Origin: the human T2T-CHM13v2.0 reference genome, Homo sapiens
NCBI RefSeq assembly: GCF_009914755.1
Contig: NC_060939.1
Length of the DNA stretch: 64,000 nucleotides
Direction: 5' to 3' (one strand)
The notes below the pieces were generated by a model. That model saw only the letters and a list, made by a program, of their open reading frames with translations, was not told the origin of the DNA and did no database searches. A program made the translations under genes and the position numbers. Positions 1-12,260 of this stretch are shown piece after piece. Every line of letters starts with the position of its first letter. Position 1 is the stretch's first letter.

Positions 1-3000
1 TTCCATTCCATTCGATGTCTTTCCATAACGATCCATTCCATTCTATTCCTTTCGATTCCATTCCATTCTATTTCATTCCATTCGATTCCTTTTCATTGGA
101 CTCCTTTCCATTCGAGTGCATTCCATTCCGTTCCATTTCTTTCCGTTCTGTACGATTCCTACCGTTCGATTTCATTTTGTTCCAGTCCATTCCTTTCGCG
201 TCCATTCCATTCCATTTCACTCCATTCGATTCCATTCCACTCGATTCCACTTCGTTCCATTTCATTGCCTTCCATTCTGTTCAACTCTATTGCCTTCCAT
301 TCCATTCCATTCGATTACATTCCATGCGATTCCATTCGAAATCGAATCAATTACATTGCAATCCATTACTATAGAGTCCGTTTTATTCCACTCCACTGCA
401 TTCTGGTCCATTCCATTTGATTCCATTCCATTCTATTCCATTCCATACAGTTGCATTCCATTGGATTCCATTCTATATCTATAAATTCAATTCGAGACCA
501 TTGCTTTTGGGTCCATTCTATATGATTCCATTCCATTCAAGTCCATTACATTTGGTTCAATTCCATTCCATTCCATTCCATTCCATTCCATTCCAGTTTA
601 TATCAATCCATTCGATTCCATTCCATTCCAGCAAATTCCATTCGAGTCCATTCCATTCGATGCCATTCCATTTGGTTCTATTCCATTAGTCTCCATTCAA
701 TTCCATTAATCTCCATTCCATTCCATTCTACTCCAACTGATTCCATTCCATTCTATTCCTTTCCATTCCATTTCATTCCATTCCATTCCATTTCATTCCA
801 TTCCATTCCATTCCATTCCATTCGCTTCCATTCCATTCGTGTCCATTCCATTCCAGTCCATTCCATTTGTGTCCAGTGCATTCCATTCCACTCCATTATA
901 TATTATTCCGTTACACTCCATTCCATTCTATTACTTTCATTTCCATTCAATTCCATTCCATTTGATTCCATTCCACTCGGTTTCATTCCATTTGAGTCCA
1001 CTCCATTCCATTCCATTCCATTCCATTCAGTTCCATTCCATTCTGTTCCATTCCATTCCGTTCCATTACATTCCATTCCATTCGGTACCATTCCATATTG
1101 TTCCATTCGATTCCATTCGAATCCATTCCATTCCAGTCCATTCCATTCGATTCCATTCCATTCATTTCAATTCCATTCCATTCCATTCCATTACATTCCA
1201 CTTGATTCCTCTCCATTCCCTTCCACTGCATTCCGTTCGATTCCATTCCATTGCATTGCATTCCATTCCATTGGATTGCATTCCATTCGATTCCATTCCA
1301 TTCGAATCAATTACATAGCAATCCATTACATTCGAGTCTATTCTATTCCGTTCCATTCGATTTCGTTCCAATCCATTCGATTCCATTCCATTCGATTCCA
1401 TTCCATACTATTGCATTCCATTCGATTACATCATATTCGAATAAGTTCCATTCAAGACCATTTCTTTTCAGTCCATTCTATTTGAGTCCATTCCCTTTGA
1501 TTCCATAACATTTGAGTCCATTCAATTCCATTCCTTTCGTTTCCATTCCATTTGATGCCATTCCATTCAATTCTGTTCTACTCGACTCCAATACATTCAA
1601 TTCCATTCCATCCGATTCCATTACATTCTTTTCATTTCTTATCCATTTCAAGCCATTCCACTCCATTCCATTCCACTCGTTTCCTTTCCATTCGAGTCCA
1701 TTCCTTTCCAGTCCATTCCGTTCAATCCATTCCATTCCAGTCCATTCCATTCGAGTCCGTTCCATTCCAGTCCATTCCATTCGAGTCAATTCCATTCCAT
1801 TCGATGTCTTTCCATAACGATCCATTCCATTCTATTCCTTTCGATTCCATTCCATTCTATTTCATTCCATTCGATTCCCTTCCATTGGACTCCTTTCCAT
1901 TCGAGTGCATTCCATTCCGTTCCATTTCTTTCCGTTCTGTACGATTCCTACCGTTCGATTTCATTTTGTTCCAGTCCATTCCTTTCGCGTCCATTCCATT
2001 CCATTTCACTCCATTCGATTCCATTCCACTCGATTCCACTTCGTTCCATTTCATTGCATTCCATTCTATTCAACTCTATTGCCTTCCATTCCATTCCATT
2101 CGATTACATTCCATGCGATTCCATTCGAAATCGAATCAATTACATTGCAATCCATTACTATTGAGTCCGTTTTATTCCAGTCCACTGCATTCTGGTCCAT
2201 TCCATTTGATTCCATTCCATTCTATTCCATTCCATACAGTTGCATTCCATTGGATTCCATTCTATATCTATAAATTCAATTCGAGACCATTGCTTTTGAG
2301 TCCATTCTATATGATTCCATTCCATTCAAGTCCATTACATTTGGTTCAATTCCATTCCATTCCATTCCCTTCCATTCCATTCCAGTTGATATCAATCCAT
2401 TCGATTCCATTCCATTCGAGCACATTCCATTCGAGTCCATTCCATTCGATGCCATTCCATTTGATTCTATTCCATTAGTCTCCATTCAATTCCATTAATC
2501 TCCATTCCATTCCACTCTACTCCAACTGATTCCATTCCATTCTATTCCTTTCCATTCCATTTCATTCCATTCCATTCCATTTCATTCCATTCCATTCCAT
2601 TCGTGTCCATTCCACTCCAGTCCATTCCACTCGTGTCCATTCCATTCCAGTCCATTCCATTTGTGTCCACTGCATTCCATTCCACTCCATTCCATATTAT
2701 TCCATTACAATCCATTCCATTCTATTACTTTCATTTCCATTCAATTCCATTCCATTTGATTCCATTCCACTCGGTTTCATTCCATTTGAGTCCACTCCAT
2801 TCCATTCCATTCCATTCCATTCAGTTCCATTCCATTCTGTTCCATTCCATTCCGTTCCATTGCATTCCATTCCATTCGGTACCATTCCATATTGTTCCAT
2901 TCGATTCCATTCGAATCCATTCCATTCCAGTCCATTCCATTCGATTCCATTCCATTCATTTCAATTCCATTCCATTCCATTCCATTACATTCCACTTGAT

Positions 3001-6000
3001 TCCTCTCCATTCCCTTCCAATGCATTCCGTTCGATTCCATTCCATTGCATTGCATTCCATTCCATTGGATTGCATTCCATTCGATTCCATTCCATTCGAA
3101 TCAATTACATAGCAATCCATTACATTCGAGTCTATTCTATTCCGTTCCATTCGATTTCGTTCCAATCCATTCGATTCCATTCCATTCGATTCCATTCCAT
3201 ACTATTGCATTCCATTCGATTACATTATATTCGAATAAGTTCCATTCAAGACCATTTCTTTTGAGTCCATTCTATTTGAGTCCATTCCCTTTGATTCCAT
3301 AACATTTGAGTCCATTCAATTCCATTCCTTTCGTTTCCATTCCATTTGATGCCATTCCATTCAATTCTGTTCTACTCGACTCCAATACATTCAATCCCAT
3401 TCCATCCGATTCCATTACATTCTTTTCATTTCTTATCCATTTCAAGCCATTCCACTCCATTCCATTCCACTCGTTTCCTTTCCATTCGAGTCCATTCCTC
3501 TCCAGTCCATTCCGTTCAATCCATTCCATTCCAGTCCATTCCATTCGAGTCCGTTCCATTCCAGTCCATTCCATTCGAGGCAATTCCATTCCATTCGATG
3601 TCTTTCCATAACGATCCATTCCATTCTATTCCTTTCGATTCCATTCCATTCTATTTCATTCCATTCGATTCCCTTCCATTGGACTCCTTTCCATTCGAGT
3701 GCATTCCATTCCGTTCCATTTCTTTCCGTTCTGAACGATTCCTACCGTTCGATTTCATTTTGTTACAGTCCATTCCTTTCGCGTCCATTCCATTCCATTT
3801 CACTCCATTCGATTCCATTCCACTCGATTCCACTTCGTTCCATTTCATTGCATTCCATTCTATTCAACTCTATTGCCTTCCATTCCATTCCATTCGATTA
3901 CATTCCATGCGATTCCATTCGAAATCGAATCAATTACATTGCAATCCATTACTATTGAGTCCGTTTTATTCCAGTCCACTGCATTCTGGTCCATTCCATT
4001 TGATTCCATTCCATTCTATTCCATTCCATACAGTTGCATTCCATTGGATTCCATGCTGTATCTATAAATTCAATTCGAGACCATTGCTTTTGAATCCATT
4101 CTATATGATTCCATTCCATTCAAGTCCATTACATTTGGTTCAATTCCATTCCATTCCATTCCCTTCCATTCCATTCCAATTGATATCAATCCATTCGATT
4201 CCATTCCATTCGAGCACATTCCATTCGAGTCCATTCCATTCGATGCCATTCCATTTGATTCTATTCCATTAGTCTCCATTCAATTCCATTAATCTCCATT
4301 CCATTCCATTCTACTCCAACTGATTCCATTCCATTCTATTCCTTTCCATTCCATTTCATTCCATTCCATTCCATTTCATTCCATTCCATTCCATTCGTGT
4401 CCATTCCACTCCAGTCCATTCCACTCGTGTCCATTCCATTCCAGTCCATTCCATTTGTGTCCACTGCATTCCATTCCACTCCATTCCATATTATTCCATT
4501 ACAATCCATTCCATTCTTTTACTTTCATTTCCATTCAATTCCATTCCATTTGATTCCATTCCACTCGGTTTCATTCCATTTGAGTCCACTCCATTCCATT
4601 CCATTCCATTCCATTCAGTTCCATTCCATTCTGTTCCATTCCATTCCGTTCCATTCCATTCCATTCCATTCGGTACCATTCCATATTGTTCCATTCGATT
4701 CCATTCGAATCCATTCCATTCCAGTCCATTCCATTCGATTCCATTCCATTCCTTTCAATTCCATTCCATTCCATTCCACTTGATTACACTCCATTCCCTT
4801 CCACTGCATTCCATTCGATTCCATTCCATTGCATTGCATTCCATTCCATTGGATTGCATTCCATTCGATTCCATTCCATTCGAATCAATTACATAGCAAT
4901 CCATTACATTCGAGTCTATTTTATTCCGTTCCATTCGATTTCGTTCCAATCCACTCAATTCCAATCCATTCGATTCCATTCCATACTATTGTATTCCATT
5001 CGATTAAATTATATTTGAATAAGTTCCATTCAAGACCATTTCTTTTGAGTCTATTCTATTTGAGTCCATTCCCTTTGATTCCATAACATTTGAGTCCATT
5101 CAATTCCATTCCTTTCGTTTCCATTCCATTTGATGCCATTCCATTCAATTCGGTTCTACTCGACTCCAATACATTCAATTCCATTCCATCCGATTCCATT
5201 ACATTCTTTTCATTTCTTATCCATTTCAAGCCATTCCATTCCATTCCATTCCACTCGTTTCCTTTCCATTCGAGTCCGTTCCTCTCCTGTCCATTCCGTT
5301 CAATCTATTACATTCCAGTCCATTCCATTCGAGTCCGTTCCATTCCAGTCCATTCCATTCGAGTCAATTCCATTCCATTCGATGTTTTTCCATAACGATC
5401 CATTCCATTCTATTCCTTTCGATTCCATTCCGTTCTATTTCATTCCATTCGATTCCCTCCCATTGGACTCCTTTCCATTCGAGTGCATTCCATTCCATTC
5501 CATTTCTTTCCGTTCTGTACGATTACTACCGTTCGATTTCATTTTGTTCCAGTCCATTCCTTTCGCGTCCATTCCATTCCATTTCACTCCATTCGATTCC
5601 ATTCCACTCGATTCCATTTCGTTCCATTTCATTGCATTCCATTCTATTCAACTCTATTGCCTTCCATTCCATTCCATTCGATTACATTCCATGCGATTCC
5701 ATTCGAAATCGAATCAATTACATTGCAATCCATTACTATAGAGTCCGTGTTATTCCACTCCACTGCATTCTGGTCCATTCCATTTGATTCCATTCCATTC
5801 TATTCCATTCCATACTGTTGCATTCCATTGGATTCCATTCTATATCTATAAATTCAATTCGAGACCATTGCTTTTGAGTCCATTCTATATGATTCCATTC
5901 CATTCAAGTCCACTACATTTGGTTCCATTCCATTCCATTCCCTTCCGTTCCATTCCATTTGATATAAATGCATTCGATTCCATTCCATTCGAGCACATTC

Positions 6001-6049
6001 CATTCGAGTCCATTCCATTTGATTCTATTCCATTAGTCTCCATTCAATT

Positions 6050-9000
6050 CCATTAATCTCCATTCCATTCCATTCTACTCCAACTGATTCCATTCCATTC
6101 TATTCCTTTCCATTCCATTTCATTCCATTCCACTCCATTTCATTGCATTCCATTCCATTCGCTTCCATTCCATTCGTGTCCATTCCACTCCAGTCCATTC
6201 CATTCGTGTCCATTCCATTCCAGTCCATTCCATTTTTGTCCACTGCATTCCATTACACTCCATTCCATATTATTCCATTACACTCCATTCCATTCTATTA
6301 CTTTCATTTCCATTCAATTCCATTCCATTTGATTCCATTCCACTCGGTTTCATTCCATTTGAGTCCATTCCATTCTATTCCATTCCATTCCATTCCATTC
6401 AGTTCCATTCCATTCTGTTCCATTCCATTCCATTCAATTCCATTCCATTCCATTCCATTCCATTCCATTCGGTCCCATTCGATATTGTTCCATTCGATTC
6501 CATTAATCTCCATTCCATTCCATTCTACTCCAACTGATTCCATTCCATTCTATTCCTTTCCATTCCATTTCGTTCCATTCCATTCCATTCGCTTCCGTTC
6601 CATTCGTGTCCATTCCATTCCAGTCCATTCCGTTTGTGTCCACTGCATTCCATTTCACTCCATTCCATATTATTCCATTACACTCCATTCCATTCTATTA
6701 CTTTCATTTCCATTCAATTCCATTCCATTTCATTCCATTCCACTCGGTTTCATTCCATTTGAGTCCATTCCATTCCATTCCATTCCATTCCATTCAGTTC
6801 CATTCCATTCTGTTCCATTCCATTCCATTCCATTCCATTCCATTCCATTCCATTCCATTCGGTACCATTCCATATTGTTCCATTCGATTCCATTCGAATC
6901 CATTCCATTCCTGTCCATTCTATTCGAATCCATTCCATTCCTTTCAATTCCATTCCATTCCATTCCATTCCACTTCATTCCACTCCATTCCCTTCCACTG
7001 CATTCCATTCGATTCCATTCCATTGCATTGCATTCCATTCCATTGGATTGCATTCCATTCGATTCCATTCCATTCGAATCAATTACATAGCAATCCATTA
7101 CATTCGAGTCTATTCTATTCCGTTCCATTCGATTTCGTTCCAATCCATTCGATTCCTTTCCATTCGATTCCATTCCATACTATTGCATTCCATTCGATTA
7201 AATTATATTCGAATAAGTTCCATTCAAGACCATTTCTTTTGACTCCATTCTATTTGAGTCCATTCCCTTTGATTACATAACATTTGCGTCCATTCAATTC
7301 CATTCCTTTCGTTTCCATTCCATTTGATGTCATTCCATTCAATTCTGTTCTACTCGACTCCAATACATTCAATTTCATTCCATCCGATTCCATTACATTC
7401 TTTTCATTTCTTATCCATTTCAAGCCATTCCATTCCATTCCATTCCATTCCACTCGTTTCCTTTCCATTCGACTCCATTCCTCTCCAGTCCATTCCGTTC
7501 AATGCATTTCATTCCAGTCCATTCCATTCGAGTCTGTTCCATTCCAGTCCATTCCATTCGAGTCAATTCCATTCCATTCGATGTGTTTCCATAAAGATCC
7601 ATTCCATTCTATTCCTTTCGATTCCATTCCATTCTATTTCATTCCATTCGATTCCCTTCCATTGGACTCCTTTCCATTCGAGTGCATTCCTTTCCGTTCC
7701 ATTTCTTTCCCTTCTGTACGATTCCTACCGTTCGATTTCATTTTGTTCCAGTCCATTCCTTTCGCGTCCATTCCATTCCATTTCACTCCATTCGATTCCA
7801 TTCCATTCGATTCCATTCCACTCGATTCCACTTCGTTCCATTTCATTGCATTCCATTCTATTCAACTCTATTGCCTTCCATTCCATTCCATTCGATTACA
7901 TTCCATGCGATTCCATTCGAGATCGAATCAATTACATTGCAATCCGTTACTATTGAGTCCGTTTTATTCCAGTCCACTGCATTCTGGTCCATTCCGTTTG
8001 ATTCCATTCCATTCTATTCCATTCCATACAGTTGCATTCCATTGGATTCCATTCTATATCTATAAATTAATTTTGAGACCATTGCTTTTGAGTCCATTCT
8101 GTATGATTCCATTCCATTCAAGTCCATTACATTTGGTTCCATTCCTTTCCATTCCATTCCCTTCCATTCCATTCCATTTGATATCAATCCATTCGATTCC
8201 ATTCCAGTCGACCACATTCCATTCGAGTCCATTCGATTCGATGCCATTCCATTTGATTCTATTCCATTAGTCTCCATTCAATTCCATTAATCTCCATTCC
8301 ATTCCATTCTACTCCAACTGATTCCATTCCATTCTATTCCTTTCCATTCCATTTCATTCCATTCCATTCCATTTCATTCCATTCCATTCGGTCCCATTCC
8401 ATATTGTTCCATTCGATTCCATTAATCTCCATTCCATTCCATTCTACTCCCACTGATTCCATTCCATTCTATTCCTTTCCATTCCATTTCATTCCATTCC
8501 ATTCCATTTCATTCCATTCCATTCCATTCGCTTCCATTCCATTCGTGTCCATTCCATTCCAGTCCATTCCATTTGTGTCCACTGCATTCCATTCCACTCC
8601 ATTCCATATTATTCCATTACACTCCATTCCATTCTATTACTTTCATTTCCATTCAATTCCATTCCATTTGATTCCATTCCACTCGATTTCATTCCATTTG
8701 AGTCCATTCCATTCCATTCCATTCCATTCAGTTCCATTCCATTCTGTTCCATTCCATTCCATTCCATTCCATTCCATTCCATTCCATTCCATTCCATTCG
8801 GTACCATTCCATATTGTTCCATTCGATTCCATTTGAATCCATTACATTCCAGTCCATTCCATTCGAGTCCATTCCATTCCTTTCAATTCCATTCCAATCC
8901 ATTCCATTCCGCTTGATTCCACTCCATTCCCTTCCACTGCATTCCATTCGATTCCATTCCATTGCATTGCATTCCATTCCATTGGATTGCATTCCATTCG

Positions 9001-12000
9001 ATTCCATTCCATTCGAATCAATTACATAGCAATCCATTACATTCGAGTCTATTCTATTCCGTTCCATTCGATTTCGTTCCAATCCATTCGATTCCATTCC
9101 ATTCGATTCCATTCCATACTATTGCATTCCCTTCGATTAGATTATATTCGAATAAGTTCCATTCAAGACCGTTTCTTTTGAGTCCATTCTATTTGAGTCC
9201 ATTCCCTTTGATTCCATAACATTTGAGTCCATTCAATTCCATTCCTTTCGTTTCCATTCCATTTGATGCCATTCTATTCAATTCTGTTCTACTCGACTCC
9301 AATACATTCAATTCCATTCCATCCGATTCCATTACATTCTTTTCATTTCTTATCCATTTCAAGCCATTCCATTCCATTCCATTCCACTCGTTTCCTTTCC
9401 ATTCGAGTCCATTCCTCTCCAGTCCATTCCGTTCAATCCATTCCATTCCAGTCCATTCCATTCGAGTCCATTCCATTCCAGTCCATTCCATTCGAGTCAA
9501 TTCCATTCCATTTGATGTCTTTCCATAACGATCCTTTCCATTCTATTCCTTTCGATTCCATCCCGTTCTATTTCATTCCATTCGATTCCCTTCCATTGGA
9601 CTCCTTTCCATTCGAGTGCATTCCATTCCGTTCCATTTCTTTCCGTTCTGTACGATTCCTAACGTTCGATTTCATTTTGTTCCAGTCCATTCCTTTCGCG
9701 TCCATTCCATTCCATTTCACTCCATTCGATTCCATTCCACTCGATTCCACTTCGTTCCATTTCATTGCATTCCATTCTATTCAACTCTATTGCCTTCCAT
9801 TCCATTCCATTCGATTACATTCCATGCGATTCCATTCGAAATCGAATCAATTACATTGCAATCCATTACTATAGAGTCCGTTTTATTCTAGTCCTCTGCA
9901 TTCTGGTCCATTCCATTTGATTCCATTCCATTCTATTCCATTCCATGCAGTTGCATTCCATTGGATTCCATTCTATACCTATATATTCAATTCGAGACCA
10001 TTGCATTTGAGTCCATTCTATATGATTCCATTCCATTCAAGTCCATTACATTTGGTTCCATTCCATTCCATTCCCTTCCATTCCATTCCATTTGATATCA
10101 ATCCATTCCATTCCATTCCATTCGAGCACATTCCATTCGAGTCCATTCCATTCGATGCCATTCCATTTGATTCTATTCCACTAGTCTCCATTCAATTCCA
10201 TTAATCTCCATTCCATTCCATTCTACTCCAACTGATTCCATTCCATTCTATTCGTTTCCATTCCATTTCATTCCATTCCATTCCATTTCATTCCATTCCA
10301 TTCCATTCGCTTCCATTCCATTCGTGTCCATTCCACTCCAGTCCATTCCATTCGTGTCCATTCCGTTCCAGTCCATTCCATTTGAGTCCACTGCATTCCA
10401 TTCCACTCCATTCCATATTATTCCATTACACTCCATTCCAATCTATTACTTTCATTTCCATTCAATTCCATTCCATTTGATTCCATTCCACTCGGTTTCA
10501 TTCCATTTGAGTCCATTCCATTCTATTCCATTCCATTCCATTCCATTCAGTTCCATTCCATTCTGTTCCATTCCATTCCATTCAATTCCATTCCATTCCA
10601 TTCCATTCCATTCGGTCCCATTCCATATTGTTCCATTCGATTCCATTAATCTCCATTCCATTCCATTCTACTCCAACTGATTCCATTCCATTCTATTCCT
10701 TTCCATTCCATTTCGTTCCATTCCATTCCATTCGCTTCCGTTCCATTCGTGTCCATTCCATTCCAGTCCATTCCGTTTGTGTCCACTGCATTCCATTTCA
10801 CTCCATTCCATATTATTCCATTACACTCCATTCCATTCTATTACTTTCATTTCCATTCAATTCCATTCCATTTCATTCCATTCCACTCGGTTTCATTCCA
10901 TTTGAGTCCATTCCATTCCATTCCATTCCATTCCATTCAGTTCCATTCCATTCTGTTCCATTCCATTCCATTCCATTCCATTCCATTCGGTACCATTCCA
11001 TATTGTTCCATTCGATTCCATTCGAATCCATTCCATTCCAGTCCATTCTATTCGAATCCATTCCATTCCTTTCAATTCCATTCCATTCCATTCCCTTCCA
11101 TTCCATTCCAGTTGATATCAATCCATTCGATTCCATTCCAGTCGACCACATTCCATTCGAGTCCATTCCATTCGATGCCATTCCATTTGATTCTATTCCA
11201 TTAGTCTCCATTCAATTCCATTAATCTCCATTCCATTCCATTCTACTCCAACTGATTCCATTCCATTCTATTCCTTTCCATTCCATTTCATTACATTCCA
11301 TTCCATTTCATTCCATTCCATTCCATTCGCTTCCATTCCATTCGTGTCCATTCCACTCCATTCCATTCCATTCGTGTCCAGTCCATTCTAGTCTATTCCA
11401 TTTGTGTCCACTGCATTCCATTCCACTCCATTCCATATTATTCCATTACACTCCATTCCATTCTATTACTTTCATTTCCATTCAATTCCATTCCATTTGA
11501 TTCCATTCCACTCGGTTTCATTCCATTTGTGTCCATTCCATTCCATTCCATTCCATTCCATTCCATTCCATTCAGTTCCATTCCATTCTGTTCCATTCCA
11601 TTCCATTCCATTCCATTCCATTCCGTACCATTCCATATTGTTCCATTCGATTCCATTCGAATCCATTCCATTCCAGTCCATTCCATTCCATTCCATTCCA
11701 CTTGATTCCACTCCATTCCCTTCCACTGCATTCCATTCGATTCCATTCCATTGCATTGCATTCCATTCCATTGGATTGCATTCCATTCGATTCCATTCCA
11801 TTCGAATCAATTTCATAGCAATGCATTACATTCAAGTCTATTCTATTCCGTTTCATTCGATTTCGTTCCAATCCATTCAATTCCATTCCATCCGATTCCA
11901 TTACATTCTTTTCATTTCTTATCCATTTCAAGCCATTCCATTCCATTCCATTCCACTCGTTTCCTTTCCATTCGAATGCATTCCACTCCAGTCCATTCCA

Positions 12001-12260
12001 TTCGTGTCCATTCCATTCCAGTCCATTCCATTTTTGTCCACTGCATTCCATTACACTCCATTCCATATTATTCCATTACACTCCATTCCATTCTATTACT
12101 TTCATTTCCATTCAATTCCATTCCATTTGATTCCATTCCACTCGGTTTCATTCCATTTGAGTCCATTCCATACCATTCCATTCCATTCCATTCCATTCCA
12201 TTCCCTTCCATTCCATTCTGTTAAATTCCATTCCATTCCATTCCATTCCATTCCATTCCA
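6050..12260 (+). repeat. Cluster of rearranged 1.8-kb units (internal duplications and deletions); repeated at ~30560-36770
   Basis: KpnI spacings of 2189, 1939, 2189 and 1275 instead of 1794. Novel junctions at ~6501, 8421, 10646, 11090, 11875 and 11975. Confidence 0.85.

Noticed and set aside
474-490. TATAAAT TATA-box-like motif once per unit
   Set aside because: It is paralogous to the non-TATA GAATAAGTT in the other half-unit and has no other promoter evidence; not supportable as a regulatory site.
1-1800. Start of the window as a third copy of the 24.5-kb period
   Set aside because: Its variants (TTTTCATTGG, TTTTGGGTCC, CCAGCAAATT, intact KpnI at 1084) do not match 24.5-26.3 kb.
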